A DNA stretch of 64,000 bases from Eledone cirrhosa (GCA_964016885.1 OZ024751.1:7998001-8062000); one strand, 5' to 3'. Shown: positions 12,965 to 28,651, numbered from the stretch's first letter. The notes: generated from the sequence alone by a model not told the origin. Numbers and translations are program-made.

Positions 12965-13797
12965 GTATATTTGTATGTGTGTATGTGTGCGTGTGTGTGT
13001 GTGTATGTGTGTGTGTGTGTGCGTGCATGTGTATGTGTGTGTGTGTGTGCGTGTGTGTGTACGTGTGCACGCGTGTCGGAATCGTGCCAAGTGAATTGAC
13101 GTTAATTGTTACGGATATATGAGACAAAGAACATAAACATCTAAATTGATGTTAATACAGTAATATTTCTTTCGTTTCGTTGTTGTTTCTTCTTCATAAA
13201 TAACCTCCATTTAATTCAAACGTTGTCTTTTATCCAAAAATATCACCTCGTTTTTTACTACGAATTACCTCACTAATTATCCCAATATTATTGCATCTAG
13301 TCTTGCCGCGTGATATCAGAAATATGATATATGTATATATTAATAGTGTACTGACATCTATTTTAAAGAGAACAACACATATATATCAATCCTGTATATA
13401 TAGGTTATTGCCTATATCCCACTATTAATTATAGTATCGATAAAATAACATCTTTATTTCCCTGATACATTCAATTCACATTAATTTATCCTTTATTACT
13501 ATTTTATTTCCAATACGCATCTATCTGGAAAGAGAGAAAAAACGGCACATAGTCACGATCATATAATTATAAGTGGGATAATGCCTGGGAAGTTTATGGT
13601 ATCAAGTTAGGACTAGCATATGTTTCTAGTTCTCTTAAACATAGAGCACATATTTAATAATTCCATAAACTAGAATTTTAGAGATATATATTTGATATGG
13701 AATTGTCTGATGGTAAAAAAAGAAAATTTCGTTTGTGATTTATGAAAATATAAAGTATTTTCTCTGAAAAACCACACACGTTTAAGTATGTAACCTG

Positions 13798-14024
13798 TAC
13801 GAGGGTCGGCTTAAACGATGAGAGGCTGATCAAGATACTCGCATGTAAAAAATTTTTTTTTTTTTCAAAGGTTTCTGTACCCGATTTATTAAACATGTCC
13901 GAATCGGGAAAACCTGGACAGCGTGAAATGAATTATCAACGGTCTGGAAATTTAATTTAATTTGAAACGTGATTAAATTCAAGCGGTTGTCTAGTCAGTT
14001 ACGCTATGTGGAGGTACATCATGG
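13798..14024 (+). mobile_element. Mariner-like 5' end fragment (a second terminal fragment at ~14149-14213)
   Basis: Starts TA-CGAGGG and shares AGG.TGA.CAAGATACTC.CATG with 14149-14180. Confidence 0.45.
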
Positions 14025-14147
14025 AATCTAACAAAGTGTCGTGAAAAAATAATTGACGGAACCTATACGAGAAGGATTCGTGCTGCTCTGGACAACACCT
14101 GGAGACAACACCTTACGACAAAAAGTGTCTATGGAATCTTACCACCA
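14025..14147 (+). mobile_element. RTE-group LINE fragment, same family as 12130-12755
   Basis: TTGACGGAACCTATAC.AGAA...CTGGACAAC.C.TGGAGACAA...TATGGAA..TTACCACC. Confidence 0.75.
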
Positions 14148-14220
14148 TGTTCATAGGTTGACAAAGATACTCTCATGGAATAACCAAATTAGGTTTATTT
14201 TTCAACACAGTCGATGGAAA

Positions 14221-14415
14221 GAGACAGTGCCAATGGCAGTATCGGTAGAGGGTCGGATTATGCTTTTCAGCATAGTTACGTCCCTTTACGATCTGAGTTC
14301 AATTCCCGCCGAGGTTAACTTTGCCTTTCATCCTTACGGGGTCGATAAAATAAAGTACCAGTAATGTACTGGAATAATTGCTGGCCTTGTGCCAAAAAGT
14401 AGAAACAATTATTAA
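14221..14415 (+). mobile_element. tRNA-derived SINE, family A
   Basis: A-box-like TGGCAGTATCGG, B-box GAGTTCAATTCC, central GCCTTTCATCCTTACGGGGTCGATAAAATAAAGTACCAG, tail GGCCTTGTGCCAAAAAGTAGAAACAATTA. Confidence 0.85.
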
Positions 14416-15537
14416 TAAGAAAAGTTGGTATTAATGCAAAACAGGTTATATAGCTCTCGCACCACTCGTTCATATTCAGCCTATAAACTTCACCACGTGA
14501 ATATAGTCATGATGTTTCAGATATCACTGATAGTCGATGTGATGAAATAGATAGATTCTGCGATAAATTAGAAAGTATAAACCACAGCGAATAAGCAACC
14601 AATCCTTCTGTTGAAAATCTATTACATTTAATATTCTCTATCTTATGTTTGTAAATTTATTCGCAGAGAATCATTAAGTATTGAGATTTCGTCAAACATA
14701 CAGTACATGCCACACTAATAATATATCTGAAGCAGATAGACTAAGCATACTATGCCGCAATATGTGTGTTTATATATATATATTTATAATGTTTGTGTGT
14801 GTGTGTGTGGATGCGAATTATAAGTGTAAATATGCATACACTTAAACTTAATTTAATAGATCTATACGTCAACATTTTTCTGAAGGATTTATGGCTTTTC
14901 GTTGTTTTTATAATTAATAAGTTAAAGGTAAAGCCTTGTATTTGGTAGAAATTCAATGTTGAGTATTTGAACATTATCTCACACATTCATTCGAAAGGAT
15001 ACATACACGCACACACACATATATGCACATAAGCCTTCCAAATGTACGTATTTGCGTGTAAATACATGTGTACACGTCCGTGTGTACGTACGTGTGTATT
15101 TGTCGGAAGCAATTGCAGCTGGTATTCTCGAAAACATGTTTAGTTTGAGACGTTTTTTTTTATTTGGGGGTGAGGGGTGGGTGGGAGGAAGGGCGATATA
15201 ATTTCCATAATTTTTATAATATATATTATTTTTTCTCGTACTATTAAAATTACATTTCGAATGCCAATCAATCATGTGCCAGTTTTTCTCATGGAAATTC
15301 ATATTTGAGCCCAAGCGTATGTTGTTCTACTGAATGGATTATATGTAAGCAGCGATGGTACGGTCACTTTACCGTCAGGTTTTTCCACAATATTAATATA
15401 AAGTTCTGTGTGTGACGCTAAGGCCTGTCTATAAAGAAATCGAACATCTTTGTTCATATATTTTGCAGCATGTATATATATTTTTATATTTTGTTTAGTA
15501 ATGTAAATGCATGAACATAGACACATATACGAACACG

Positions 15538-15573
<36 letters not shown>

Positions 15574-15576
<3 letters not shown>

Positions 15577-15686
15577 CGTTTCTGAATTTGTTTAGCAAGA
15601 TTCTTTATCTGAAATCGTGTGTTGAAACCGATATTGTTATACTTTGGGAGGGTCATCTTATTGGCAACATGACCCTCCCAAAGTAT

Positions 15687-15722
<36 letters not shown>

Positions 15723-15740
15723 ATATTTGGGGAGGGTCAT
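15574..15740. mobile_element. Short (TA)n-inserted fold-back element sharing both ends with 57451-57746
   Basis: Perfect 26-bp hairpin 15631-15656 / 15669-15694 with a third arm at 15715-15740. The left end TTTCGTTTCTGAATTTGTTTAGCAAGATTCTTTATCTGAAA is identical to that at 57451. Confidence 0.7.
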
Positions 15741-15936
15741 ATTTGCGTAATATTGCCAGAATTAATAACAGAACACACTCACTGTTTGGTTGGTTTTCGC
15801 TTCTCGCTGTCTTTTATATATATATATCTGCGATCTAACTTACTCGGTCCTCAATGTTGCCATTGACTGACCGGCGGTCAAAAATAATACAGATACAATA
15901 TAGACAAACACATATATATATAGTTTACATAATTTA

Positions 15937-15976
15937 CATAAATCTTTCGTTGCACATCTGCAACATCGTCAGTGGT
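15937..15976 (-). ncRNA. Minimal type I hammerhead motif in the PLE 3' UTR (weak stem I)
   Basis: CA-CTGACGA-T-GTTGCA(GATG)TGCAAC-GAAA-GATTTA-TG. Confidence 0.65.
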
Positions 15977-16305
15977 GTTATATTCATTGTTCCTCCTGTT
16001 GTGTTGTATGCCTACGCCATTTTTTGTAAGATAGGCTGCGCAAAAATAAAATAAAAATAAAAATGAAAAATATATCTGGATTGAAAAACACAAAAGACAA
16101 GTATAATCAGTTAGTGGAGGAAAGAGGGAAGTAAAAAAAGGGGAAGTAAAAAATAGAAAATAGGAAGTGGATCGGAGAATAAAGGGGGGGGGGGGATGTG
16201 TGAAGTAAAAATAAATAAAAGTGAAAATAAATGAAATTATTGACAAGGATAAAAATGAAAGTAAGTCAGAAAGGGTAATTAAAAAGATTTTTAATTAATA
16301 AGAGT

Positions 16306-17489
16306 TTATGGAGAATAAGTATCTGAAAGTGTGTTAAGTTTATATGAGCTGGAAAGCAGGTGTGATTTTATGTGTGGGCAACTGGTGAAAATTTCCGTCT
16401 TTGTGTTCAGGCAGGTCTTTGGTGATTTAAGATTTTGCAATATCCAAAATGTTTCATTTATGCAGAGCGTGCATTTTCTTGTTCCTCTAGCATATTTTTT
16501 AGATTGGTTCAAAATTGACCAATCTAGTTTATATTGGATGCCTTGGTCTTTCAAATCCCAAATTCTGCTAGCCAGAGCTGTTGTAAATCTTTTTTCTGGA
16601 TGTCGAAAGGATGCGACATGTGAGTAATAACCGGTTTTGAATCTGTCTTGCGTCATACCCACATATCGTTCACTGGTGGCTGGATGGTTGTTGCTGATGG
16701 TTGTCACTTTAGCCGCATATACAATGGCTTTGGTGTTGCATTTACCTTGTAATGGGCATTCACTTTTGATTCTACAGGAGCAAGTTTGATTTTCTCTAGG
16801 TGATATTTTGTTGAGGATATAGGACTTAATAGGGGGACCGCAGGAATAGCTAATTTTAACACAGTTTCTGTTAAAGATCTTATAGTATCTATGTGTTCTA
16901 GGAGTTCTAGGAATTTTTTGCCTACATTAGTTTTAACTGCTAGAGAGTAGGTGGGTGTGAACCAGATTATTTTTCTTTTCCTATTTTTATGTTTAATAGA
17001 GTTAGTGTAGTTAGGTATGTATTTAATCGGTTCGCTAAAGCCGCTATTTTGGAGCGCTTTATTATAGTAGGGGGATGCCTTATTAAAAATAGCTTCTGAG
17101 GAAGAGAGGGTGGAGATCCTACGGCTAATATTAGGGATAAGGTTTTTAAAAACTATAGGTGGATGGCAAGATCCTTTATTTATATATTTTAAGTTTTCAT
17201 TAGGTTTATGGTATGGTTTATAAGAAGCAGTAGGCAAATCTAGGTTTATATCTAGGAAATCTACGTTGGAAAGGTTAGTGTCAATAGTAATTTTAAGATT
17301 AAAACTAGCGAAGGTTTTTATTAAGTCTTTCCTTAATCTATCTAAGTTATGGCCTATGGTGGTATGGGAAAGTATTAGACCATCATCGCGATAAAGCCCA
17401 AACATATGGTTAGGAACTTTTTCTTTAAGTGTATGTAAGAGGAATAGGCCGACCAGATCACAAACCTCGGCACTGTCATAAGAGCCCAT
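16306..17489 (-). pseudogene. PLE reverse transcriptase (C-terminal half) + GIY-YIG endonuclease, frameshifted near 16800-16900
   Basis: MGSYDSAEVCDLVG..GLYRDDGL, VDFLDINLDL, YKPYHKPN..YINKGSCHP, RKIIWF. In shifted frames: KIFNRNCVKISYSC, CSC..CPLQGKC..AIVY..YVGMT, H..SFR, CTLCINE, LNTKTEIFTSCPH. Confidence 0.9.
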
Positions 17490-17533
17490 TGAGACATCGA
17501 TTGAGACATCGATTGAGACATCGATTGAGACAT
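17488..17533. repeat. 12-bp tandem (ATTGAGACATCG) x3.8 at the PLE 5' truncation point
   Basis: Read directly; the unit is RT coding sequence (DVSM) reiterated. Confidence 0.9.
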
Positions 17534-17545
17534 TATATATATATA

Positions 17546-18312
<767 letters not shown>

Positions 18313-18322
18313 CACTCCCTAG

Positions 18323-18396
<74 letters not shown>

Positions 18397-18481
18397 TATA
18401 GAGAGAGAGGGAGAAAGAGAGAGGGTGGAGCGATACATGTATATATGTATATACACCTGTATCGCCACCTCTCTCTCTCTG

Positions 18482-18515
<34 letters not shown>

Positions 18516-18593
18516 ACAATAATAAATGTGAAGACTAAAATCCCCTTAACGGTGAAAGCAGTGATTCTTTGCTTAAACTTTAATCTGTTTTTA

Positions 18594-18772
<179 letters not shown>

Positions 18773-19799
18773 TCCCTGGTCTTATTGGGGGTAACCGCAG
18801 TAAGTAAGGTACTGAAACACTAGTGGAGTGTATAGAACAACATTTAATATTAATTAAGACTATAATGAGAAGAACTGTAATCTTTAGATAGCAATGTGCA
18901 TGAAAGTAGCTTTTAGCCTCCACAACTGTGCGTAATTTAGACGAGCATTGTTTTGTCTATATGTCTGTGTGTGAGTAATTATATTTTTGTGGGTTTTTTT
19001 ACCAGAAAAACAGCGGCAACAGGTAACACATAGACAATAATAGGGGTTCATGATGGGATGATGATGGTTAATAATGTTTGGGGAAGGGAATGTTGATTAA
19101 ATTTACAGGCAATATATTACAGTTGCTTTATTCATTTCGACCCCGTAAGGCTAACCACGATGGGATTTGGACCCAGAACTTACTATGTCACAAATTATTA
19201 TGCCCGTCGCACTATTTTTCTTAATAAAGGCATATTTTTGCATAAAGGTAGAAATAATTGTATTTTAAAAATTCAATATGTAAGACCACTTAAGCATGTC
19301 AGTATATTTTAAAATATGTATTTCACAGTTCATCCGTGATATGAAATGTGTAATACATTGAAATGTTTAATAAATGTATAATGCGTTTTAATAAATAATT
19401 AGTGAACATCATTGTTTTATTTGCATACATATTCACAACGGATTGAGGTGTAATTTAATAGGCCTGGATACAGCTAAATATGCGTATAGATGTCGACAGA
19501 ATTCTTATTATTTGAAATATAGCAATTACACGTTTATGTTATATATATAATAGGCAAGTATTCCCTTATCACACCACTTGCAAATCCTTATCAATTTGTG
19601 ATTTTAAATATTATACGAAATATTAAATGAATGCATTATTTCGTATATTTAAGAATAAATAATAATCCTTTAAGTGTCTAACATGATGACATAAAGCTCC
19701 GGTCAAGTTATGGTAATGATATATTATGAAAAGTAAATGATCGTATTCCGATAGTAATATACAAATGCTGCCTAGAAATATAGGTACAATCAGCGGCAA

Positions 19800-20075
19800 C
19801 CTGATGCATTCTCCGACTACCCAAGGCTCTGCTGCTGATGTAAACCCTCCAAATATCGGTCGGTCTCCGACAGGTCTGCGTCAGGTCCGCAGCAGTGGAA
19901 ACGTCTGCTTTCGTTGGCCCTAGGACTACCTAAGAACTCACCACCATCAGCACAGAGTACCCACGGGTGTGAACGTTGCGAGATGAACTGCCTCTTCCAG
20001 CACGTCCCGATCGCCATCCCCCGGGGAAACGCATTCTGTATTTTATCTACGGCAAAATCCAAACTTAATTTTTAT
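19800..20075 (+). mobile_element. CRE-like (RLE-type) non-LTR retrotransposon 3' fragment
   Basis: KYRS.SD..AVET across broken frames and LFQHVPIAIPRGNAFCIL, matching the LFQRxSIAIQRGNA C-terminus. Homologous to 62940-63135. Confidence 0.6.
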
Positions 20076-20626
20076 CTATGTAAACAATCAAACAATGCCA
20101 TGACTTGAACAAAACTCGCAGTGCTAGTGACAGTGATGTAAAGTAGACTGTTGGGACAGCAGCACATCTTGCCAGTTGTGTGATCACGCATTAATCGATA
20201 TATCATGTATTTGTTGCGCATTTATCTTGACGTTTGGATGTTGGAGATAGAAGCATTCACTAGTAAATACCTAAGAGTATTTAGGTAAGTTGATTTTAAA
20301 TCTCATACTGGACAACTTAGATTTGCATGCTTGCAATGCCAATGACACTAGTACAAATATAGGAATTGATTCAGATGAAAAGAAAGGAGATAAACAATGC
20401 TATTGGTCAAATGTAGAAGACATTATTTTTTTCTCGAAGGTGTCAGTAGAATACTATTGATAGTAAATTCACTCTTAAACGTGTCAGTGGCAAGCAATTT
20501 GATTTTAATGCAGGAGCAACCGATTACATTTGACTGGTATATATACATTTGACTGGTATATACATATATATATGTGTATATATATATATATATATACATA
20601 TATATATGTATATATACATATATATA

Positions 20627-20760
<134 letters not shown>

Positions 20761-21118
20761 ATTCAGAATAATAATAAATGAAGACATTCACATAATCAAC
20801 ATATATATTTTATTATATAAATTACGAAGGTACTGTGCTGTTTTTTCAATACGTCCTCGTCATATAAAATACATGAATTGATGTACGGCAGTAGTGGATT
20901 TGAAATTTCAAGACCATTGAGGTATGTCATTAATGTATTTTATCTGAGGAGGACGTAGTGAAAAACAGCACAGTACCTTCGAAATATATATTATAAAACA
21001 TATATTTTGATCATGTGAATGTCTTAATTTATTATTATTCTGAATAATATCTCCAGAAAACAACTATCGTAAAACTATATTCATTCAGTAATCAATGAAC
21101 CATATTAAACTTTGGTAT
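20761..21118 (+). mobile_element. Fold-back PLE-like element with hammerhead (20938-20998) and tail, in (TA)n
   Basis: Arms ~20761-20880 / ~20925-21045. TTTTAT-CTGAGGA-GGA..TTC-GAAA-TATATA-TT-ATAAAA. The tail is homologous to 31570-31658. Confidence 0.75.
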
Positions 21119-21219
21119 ATATATATATTTATGTATATACGTGTATATCTATCTATCTATATATATTTATGTATGTATATAATTATATGAGTATATGTGT
21201 GTGTGTGTGTAATATATAT

Positions 21220-21420
21220 AATGAAGGAAGTGTGGTAAGGAACCAGATGGACCATAACGCACCAGAGTACTCAATACTTAGGTAAGTAGAGTGGGTAATA
21301 GAAAATGTTCAAGACCACGACGGCAGAGCTCAAGCCGTTTCAACGGCTATTTCTGAACGGAGTCCAGAAATACACTTCGAAACAGCTTGAGCTCTGCAGT
21401 CGGGGTCTTGAACATTTTCC

Positions 21421-21422
<2 letters not shown>
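21220..21422 (-). mobile_element. Fold-back family X copy
   Basis: Palindrome 21298-21422 containing GAAACAGCTTGAGCTCTGCAGTCGGGG, plus the ~80-bp family tail. Confidence 0.85.
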
Positions 21423-21453
<31 letters not shown>

Positions 21454-21600
21454 GTAGTGAAAGAGTAAACAATAACATGGTCGGGTGTACAAAAATGCTT
21501 TTATTTACAGTATTAACAATTATTTCATCGATCAGCTGAGTCTAAAGGCCGCTAATAAGTCGAAAGTGCGTCACTCGACCTTAAATATATATATATATAT

Positions 21601-22267
21601 ATATACAATATTAATAAATGGAAACTATATTTATAAAACCATATTTATTTCATTATACTTATTTCAGGGATACCAAATTAAATTATGGTATGCCTTCATC
21701 AGACAAAATACAATATATAACAGTTTTACAAATAAGCTTTGACGTACGCTTTTAAAATGCAACCATTATTTTTGGAAGCCATCTGGATAGTGAATTGTTT
21801 ATATTATTTTAATAAGTCTTAGAGTTAAGGACAATTATCTCTTTCTTTTTTCTCCATGCATTTCTCTCTCTCCGATATTTCTCCACGTTTTTTCTTTTTC
21901 TTATTTCTCTCTCTCCGTCTTTTTTCTTTCTCTCCGTCTTTTACTAATTGTCCTTAACTCTAAGACTTATTAAAATAATATAAACAATTCACTATCCAGA
22001 AGGCTTCCAAAAATAATGGTTGCATTTTAAAAGGTACGTCAAAGCTTATTTGTAAAACTGTTATATAGTGTATTTTGTCTGATGAAGGCATACCATAATT
22101 TAATTTGGTATCCCTGTAATATGTATAATGAAATAAATATGGTTTTATAAATATAGTTTCCATTTATTAATATCGTATATCTACTCCAAATATTTGTCGA
22201 GTGCTTTATATCAGTTATAAAAATATTTACTTGTTGTATCCCAACAATTTTAAATAGAACTTTTGCA
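21601..22267 (+). mobile_element. Fold-back element: ~236-bp arms (21601-21837 / 21945-22180), CT-rich spacer, tail; hammerhead in each arm
   Basis: Minus copy 21646-21710: TATTTTGT-CTGATGA-AGGCATACCA..TGGTATCCCT-GAAA-TAAGTA-TA-ATGAAATA. The plus copy 22071-22135 has GAAA changed to GTAA. Confidence 0.85.
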
Positions 22268-22282
22268 TATATATATATATAT

Positions 22283-22531
<249 letters not shown>

Positions 22532-24254
22532 GACATAGCTCTGATAATTTGATTATTTATTCACTTCATTCATCAACAACCTTTCTATCGATAGATAAAG
22601 AAATATTTAAAAGAATTGTATAGTTCGAATATTAGGAAAACATATAGCACGGACGCCAATCAGAAGTGTAGTAAGATTCAATCATTACAACATATAACTA
22701 GTTAAATTATATAGAAAAAGAAACAGCAGAAAATCCTTTCTGCATCTCGCATTGTTTCTTATGTTTGTCATTTTAGAGGACCTAATTTTTGTAGTTTAAT
22801 ATTCAATATATTATATTTTCTATATTAATACAACAAGTTGCCAGTGCTACCATCACTGAATTGAAACAGCATTTAGTTCTTGTCTAAGGATGAGAGGATT
22901 GAAGCAATTTCAGCTATGTTAATTGTTAAAGAAGGACGTATCAATATCTAATGACCATTTGTAGAGAGAGAGGGGCGAGTTTGTGCTAGGTCACTCATGA
23001 TATATTCTCCAAGGATATAACGCATACAATACATATATAATATCGTGAACAACAACATGACCTTTTTCTCCATTTGAAAATATAACATACCCTTAAATTA
23101 GTTAAAAAGCCAAACTAGAAGTTGAAGTCACATATGTTATTTCGCTGCTTCTAAATAGCAGATATTTCGATATAAATGGCATAGTAAGAGTCATGTATGA
23201 ATACTTAATTTATGGTTCATTTCTAAAGAAACTAGCTTCTTTTGATGGTGCAACTTCACAGATTTACGAAACACTTGTCACTCTCCTCGAATGTTAGAAA
23301 AAGATAAGAAATAAATAGCTCTAGAACACAACAATCTAGTCAATATCCTTCGTATATTTGATGTTGACAGCTGCGTAATGGCTTTCATTAATGATACCGG
23401 GTATTTCAGACCACAATAGAAAAGAGTTCTCTGAGAAACCGACCTCGAAAACATTTGCTTCCGTTATATCGGCACGTTATCGCTCAATACAGACCAGTTC
23501 ACGAAATATTCGACGAAAAGAAAATAGGTATATAGAGTGACCTAAGGCTGTTTGATTTTCAATAGAAAGCTAGGTCAAATTGTGACACATAATAGTAATC
23601 AATCAATGAGATAAACTCTCTTCTATGATGATATAACAGAGACAGTCCACATCAACAGTCGCCATTCACAATAGACCAACACTACTTATTATCGGCAATT
23701 GATTTTTACTTCCATATATACGACACACTATTAATTAAAGTCTCTTTAGCTAGAGGCATAGTAGCTAAGTCTATGATATTCATATTTGCAACAATAAGAG
23801 GAATATAATTTATATATAAGAATCAGATGTTCAAGACATGCTTGGACAAAGCTAAGAAAGTTTTAAAAGTATAAAACAAAGATAGTTGCCTTGGCGATTG
23901 TTGTCGAAGTGCCCCAACAGATATGAATGAACATTGATTATTAGTACTACTTCTCCATCCCGTGAAGGGAAAGTTTCATTCGTAAATTCAGAGATGATCA
24001 TTCGAGATTAAAGGATAAAATATGACATTTTAACTTTGATAGCATCTACATGTACATCTTATAAAAGTATTGTTGATAATAGTATATAGTAAAAGTTTGT
24101 AACCCTTTCGAGGATGTCAATAATGAATATTGAAGGTTGGTTTATTAAAAGGATTATAGAGTGTAACCTTTGAAATGTTTATTGTTTCTGAAAATCTGTA
24201 TCACAACAAATAGTGTTCTTTAATGTAAGATGTGCTTTTACGATGCCTCGAATG

Positions 24255-25348
<1,094 letters not shown>

Positions 25349-26998
25349 ACTAGTATAAACTATCACATACATGTCTTCTAAACTGACGGATATCATTCTG
25401 CTTCAAAAGGTTTCATATCTATATATGTCCATCTTGATACTTCCATACAATGTTTTATCTTAAGATTACATGTACACTTTACAATCTTTTTATATTCTGT
25501 TACTACGTACGTCCGTTCAAGGGAAGTGATGCTACCAACCTGTCATACTTCATGACGTTAACTCAGGCAGATATAAGATATACTATCTTACTTTAGTCGT
25601 TTAACTCAAACATTCCTTTTATAAAAAGGGAGATTCAAAGTGATTCGCGAGTATCTATGCACGGGGATTGTATAAATTGACCCCATTGAACACTAGTGAA
25701 ATATATACTTCTATAGTTCTAATTAACATCTTAGTGTAATGTACTGTCTCAAGATAATGGAGTTTTCGTGTGTGTCTATATTCTTAACAAATCTCTGCGG
25801 TTGTTCAAAAGGTTTGCGGATATTGATTTTATTGTACGAGGGACGAACATGTTAAAGATCTTCAACATTTCATGTTATAGCATAATCCTTGTAAAACAGA
25901 AGATCATATAATTTACTACCTTCAATTCTTTATGATATACTCTATTGTTTCTAAGCAAATCCGTGTTAAACACGTCATTGTTTTACAGTGCTGATCAGAA
26001 CGAGGCGCTGGGCTACGGATTTTGAACTGGTTAAGCTTTACATTGTTCTGGGTTCAGTCCTTTGGACGTCCGCAAGGGCCCGACCATACTCTCAGTCTGA
26101 GTAATAACATGGAAATGAGAGTATAGAAGAATGTTCTGTTTAGTTTCACCACACATACTAGTCATTGATTAATAAATTATTTTCCTGTAACTCAATAGAT
26201 TTTAATGTTGACTGCATTACAATTCTTAACACTAAAATACAAATTGTCTACAGACACGAACCACACTTCTACACTATTTCATGGTGTTTATTAGAATTTA
26301 ATCATCTGAAATCTCAGATTCTCTGGAGAATAGTTTAAGAAGTTATTCCAAACACTTGCCATAGTTTTACAATTGTTCTTTAAATTGTTACACACTAATG
26401 TATATATCCTTAAAGGGGCATTATAATATTGTTACTGACAAATAAACACATTACATGACAGTATTATAAACACACACAAACACAAACACGTGCTCACAAA
26501 CAGAAAGCTTATTTTTTATACGAAGTCACACATACACACACATGCACATCTCACAAAACAGTGTATCTAATGTAGTACGCTGTGGGTCATCCTGATTATA
26601 CTTAGCGGGCAAAATGATTGGGGTGAGAGCGTATTTGGAAATGTTTCTAGTAACTTTCCGTAATGTACTTATGATTGCGCGTGGTAGGCAAAGCACATCG
26701 TTTAGATATTAGTGCGGTTGACACACAAATGTGAGACAGAAGATAATTTATTTCACATTCATCAACACCATCTAGTGTTTTATGTGTAATTCAAAAGGCC
26801 AGAGTTGTCACAAATTGTGTTACACTGAATCGCCCTGAGGACATCAGTTTCACGACCACGTTGTACAGCTTTTCGACCAATTAGAAAATCTGGTCGTTGG
26901 AGACGAAAACATTCTACTGAAGAGTTTACATATGTAAATGTACATGTACATATGCATATATATATATGTACATATATATATATGCATATATGTATATA

Positions 26999-27111
<113 letters not shown>

Positions 27112-27604
27112 TACAATAACAGAGATAGTTTAAAGCTAAACTCTGACTGGTAACCATCTCACTCAACAAACATTAGGTTATATTTTAATATAAGCCCAAT
27201 TTAAGTGTTTGGGGTGCTAACAATATGTATTATGTGGAAAAGCCAGTTGTATTATTTTACGAGATATAATTAAAGTTAAAATATATCTCTCATTCCAAAC
27301 AATTGTTTCATTATAAGTTTTCTACAAATTCGGAGAATATTTCCGGTTTATGTAGAAGCCTAATATACATTCATGTAAGAATATATTTAGGTGGGCGCTT
27401 ATAAATCATCAGTGGAAGCCCATTAAACTTTGATATAAGAAAAACTTTTCTTACCATAGTTAAAAATCGTGTCTATTAATTTGCTCCCTCCCGCATCGAA
27501 TGACCGGCAAATTTGAAATTCCAGCAGTTTTTGACTGAGGAAGCATTGTAGCGTCACTAAGCGGGAAGGGGAGACAACCAAGATCCACGAAAGGAGGAAA
27601 ATAA

Positions 27605-28112
27605 ATAATATACACGCGGGTTAATCAGTTTTTTCGAAAACATTATCAATCCAACGTGTTAAGAACTCAATTGAAATTAAAAAAATAAATATATGCGTGT
27701 ATAAATTACACACGCATATAAATATTTTCTTAGGCTAAAATCAGAGGTTGTACCTGAATAAGAAACCGCATCTCGTAACCGTAGTAAATAACGGAAAGTT
27801 ATGCTTTAAAGGGCAAATGGGAATGTAAATCTCCGGCCGAATTAAGAGTAAAATATAAAACACACGCGGGTTAATTAGTTATTTCAAAACCAATATCAAT
27901 TCCTCGTGTAAAGAACTCAATTACTTCTAAAAAAATAAATGTATACATGTAATTATATACATAGGCATATATATATATTTTCTTAGGCTAAAAAACAGAG
28001 AAGTTACAACCAATAAAAACCACAATATCGCACAACAGTAATAAATACGGAAAGTCAAATTTATAAGGTACCTGGAAATAAACACCTCTGGCCAATCAAG
28101 AGTAAAATATTA
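27605..28112. repeat. Diverged ~250-bp tandem duplication
   Basis: ACACGCGGGTTAAT at 27612 and 27862; AAGAACTCAATT, TCTTAGGCTAAAA, ACGGAAAGT and AAGAGTAAAATAT all recur with the same period. Confidence 0.8.
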
Positions 28113-28142
28113 ATACATATATATATATATATATATAAATAT

Positions 28143-28337
28143 ATAGGAACGAGTAGGACCCCGACGGCTGAGCTCAAGCCGTTTCGACGGCTAATTCTGG
28201 TCAAGAACTAGCCGTCGAAACGGCTTGAGCTCAGCCGTCGGGGTTCTACTCGTTCCTATTACCCATTCTACTACCCTAAGTATTGAGTAATTTGGTGTGT
28301 TATGGTCCACGTGGTTCCTTACCACATTTCCTTCTTT
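28143..28337 (+). mobile_element. Family X copy: ~56-bp near-perfect palindrome + tail, in (TA)n
   Basis: Arms 28143-28198 / 28204-28259 with loop GGTCA. Confidence 0.9.
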
Positions 28338-28364
28338 ATATATATATATATATATATATATTAA

Positions 28365-28574
28365 GGAACGATCGACTTTCGTCAAATCGGACCGAGGAAA
28401 CAATGTTTCCGTTAGTCATTCCACTTGCTAATACTATCTATCGGTCGCAACTCCAGGTAAAAGAAGCAACGTGAAATAAAGTGTCTTGCTCAAGGACATA
28501 ACGCATCGCCCCGTCCAGGAATTGAACTCACAACCTCACAATTGCGAATCCAATTCTCCAACCACTCAGCCACA

Positions 28575-28578
<4 letters not shown>
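28365..28578 (-). mobile_element. tRNA-derived SINE, family B
   Basis: Minus strand TGGCTGAGTGG (A box), GAGTTCAATTCC (B box), TCCTTGAGCAAGACACTTTATTTCACGTTGCT. Second copy at 46437-46653. Confidence 0.85.
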
Positions 28579-28644
<66 letters not shown>

Positions 28645-28651
28645 TATATAC

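Larger units (their letters stand above)
15815..17533 (-). mobile_element. 5'-truncated Penelope-like element (C-terminal GIY-YIG type, possibly Hydra clade) in (TA)n
   Basis: RT-thumb-linker-GIY-YIG ORF, a 3' UTR with a hammerhead motif, and TA runs at both ends. Confidence 0.9.
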
